A DNA stretch of 64,000 nt from Thalia democratica (lineage: Eukaryota), in assembly GCA_965202585.1 (NCBI GenBank), contig OZ241830.1, forward strand, positions 26,412,001-26,476,000. Reading direction: 5' to 3'. Positions 63,284-64,000 of this stretch are shown here, piece after piece. The notes under the pieces were generated by a model, which saw nothing but the letters and a program-made list of their open reading frames with translations, ran no database searches and had not been told where the DNA came from. A program made the position numbers and the translations under genes. Position 1 is the stretch's first letter; each line of letters starts with the position of its first letter.

Positions 63284-63744
63284 CTTCAATAAATTAATTT
63301 GGGTTATTTTACTGCAAATATCATAACTATAAGTTTTTTAATAAGCAAAAAATTTTTGAATACTGACAGAATTTGTTAAAATTGTGACTTAAAAAGTTTT
63401 AAATAACTTTCTTGAGGAAACAAAGTCATTACAAAAAGGTTTTAAAACTTTATAAAACTAGTTTTTGAAATACTGTACGTAAATTATAGTGATTCATCTG
63501 TTTAAACTTGTTCATTAATACACAAGTGGTTCTTTAAAAGTTGTTTAAACTTAAACTAATTTTATTAATTTTAAATTTCTCAAAAATTTATTAAGTTAAA
63601 ATCAGTTTATTTGGGCAAATTTTATTTAAATTATTAAATTTAACTTTTTTGTACGTTTACTTTTTTACATTTTTTCATTTAAAATAATTAAAATATGAAA
63701 TTATCATTTCCAATATTATAAATCTAATAGTATAATTATTTTAC

Positions 63745-63848
63745 TTTTCTAACTTTTTTATTAAAAACTTCCGCGTAGTCTTTATATATTCAGGTCTTGA
63801 ACGAAACGCATTTATTACTTAATTCCCATAAATTACACCACAGTTGAA
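63745..63848 (-). pseudogene. Disrupted Sin3-like PAH exon (first half of PAH1)
   Basis: After acceptor ttcatttgacag| it reads FNCGVIYGN*VINAFRSRPE, then after a 1-nt slip IYKDYAEVFNK. This aligns with [31 protein letters not shown]. It has an in-frame TAA at the conserved Gln; the 104-nt length gives the phase 2 needed by the next exon. Confidence 0.45.
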
Positions 63849-64000
63849 CTGTCAAATGAACAGTTAATCCAGCAAAAGTGGTACACTTATACTTACTTTT
63901 AGACATGCTAACAAATAAAAAATCTTTAAAGCCTTGAAATAGTTATTTTGAACAAACTGTTTTGTGAAGAAAATAACTAGTTTTGAAATATCAAAAAGCT

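Overview
AT-rich eukaryotic (invertebrate metazoan-type) genomic DNA with GT-AG introns and GC-rich exons. No rRNA, tRNA or CRISPR array is recognisable, and the species cannot be determined from sequence alone. The main feature is a spliced + strand gene (coding 28683-43381, 7 coding exons, 8415 nt, 2804 aa). It encodes a secreted protein: signal peptide, 2 EGF-like modules, a Pro/Thr/Ala linker, 55 compact thrombospondin type-1 (TSR)-like repeats in one 7761-bp exon, a sushi/CCP domain and a short tail. Downstream are three tandem, intronless, minus-strand Ly6/uPAR (three-finger) genes with GPI-type tails and an unusual 10-Cys spacing. Upstream are one clear pseudogene of that family (16736-17112) and what appears to be a four-unit, partly inverted array of more decayed three-finger-like genes with duplicated upstream modules (0.5-17.8 kb). 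The right end holds decayed minus-strand exons of a Sin3-like PAH-domain gene and, tentatively, the 5' exons of a + strand SLC26-like gene. Small hAT-like MITEs and 15-/20-bp tandem arrays are scattered through the non-coding DNA. All gene models were built by eye from splice signals and phase consistency; none was checked against a database.
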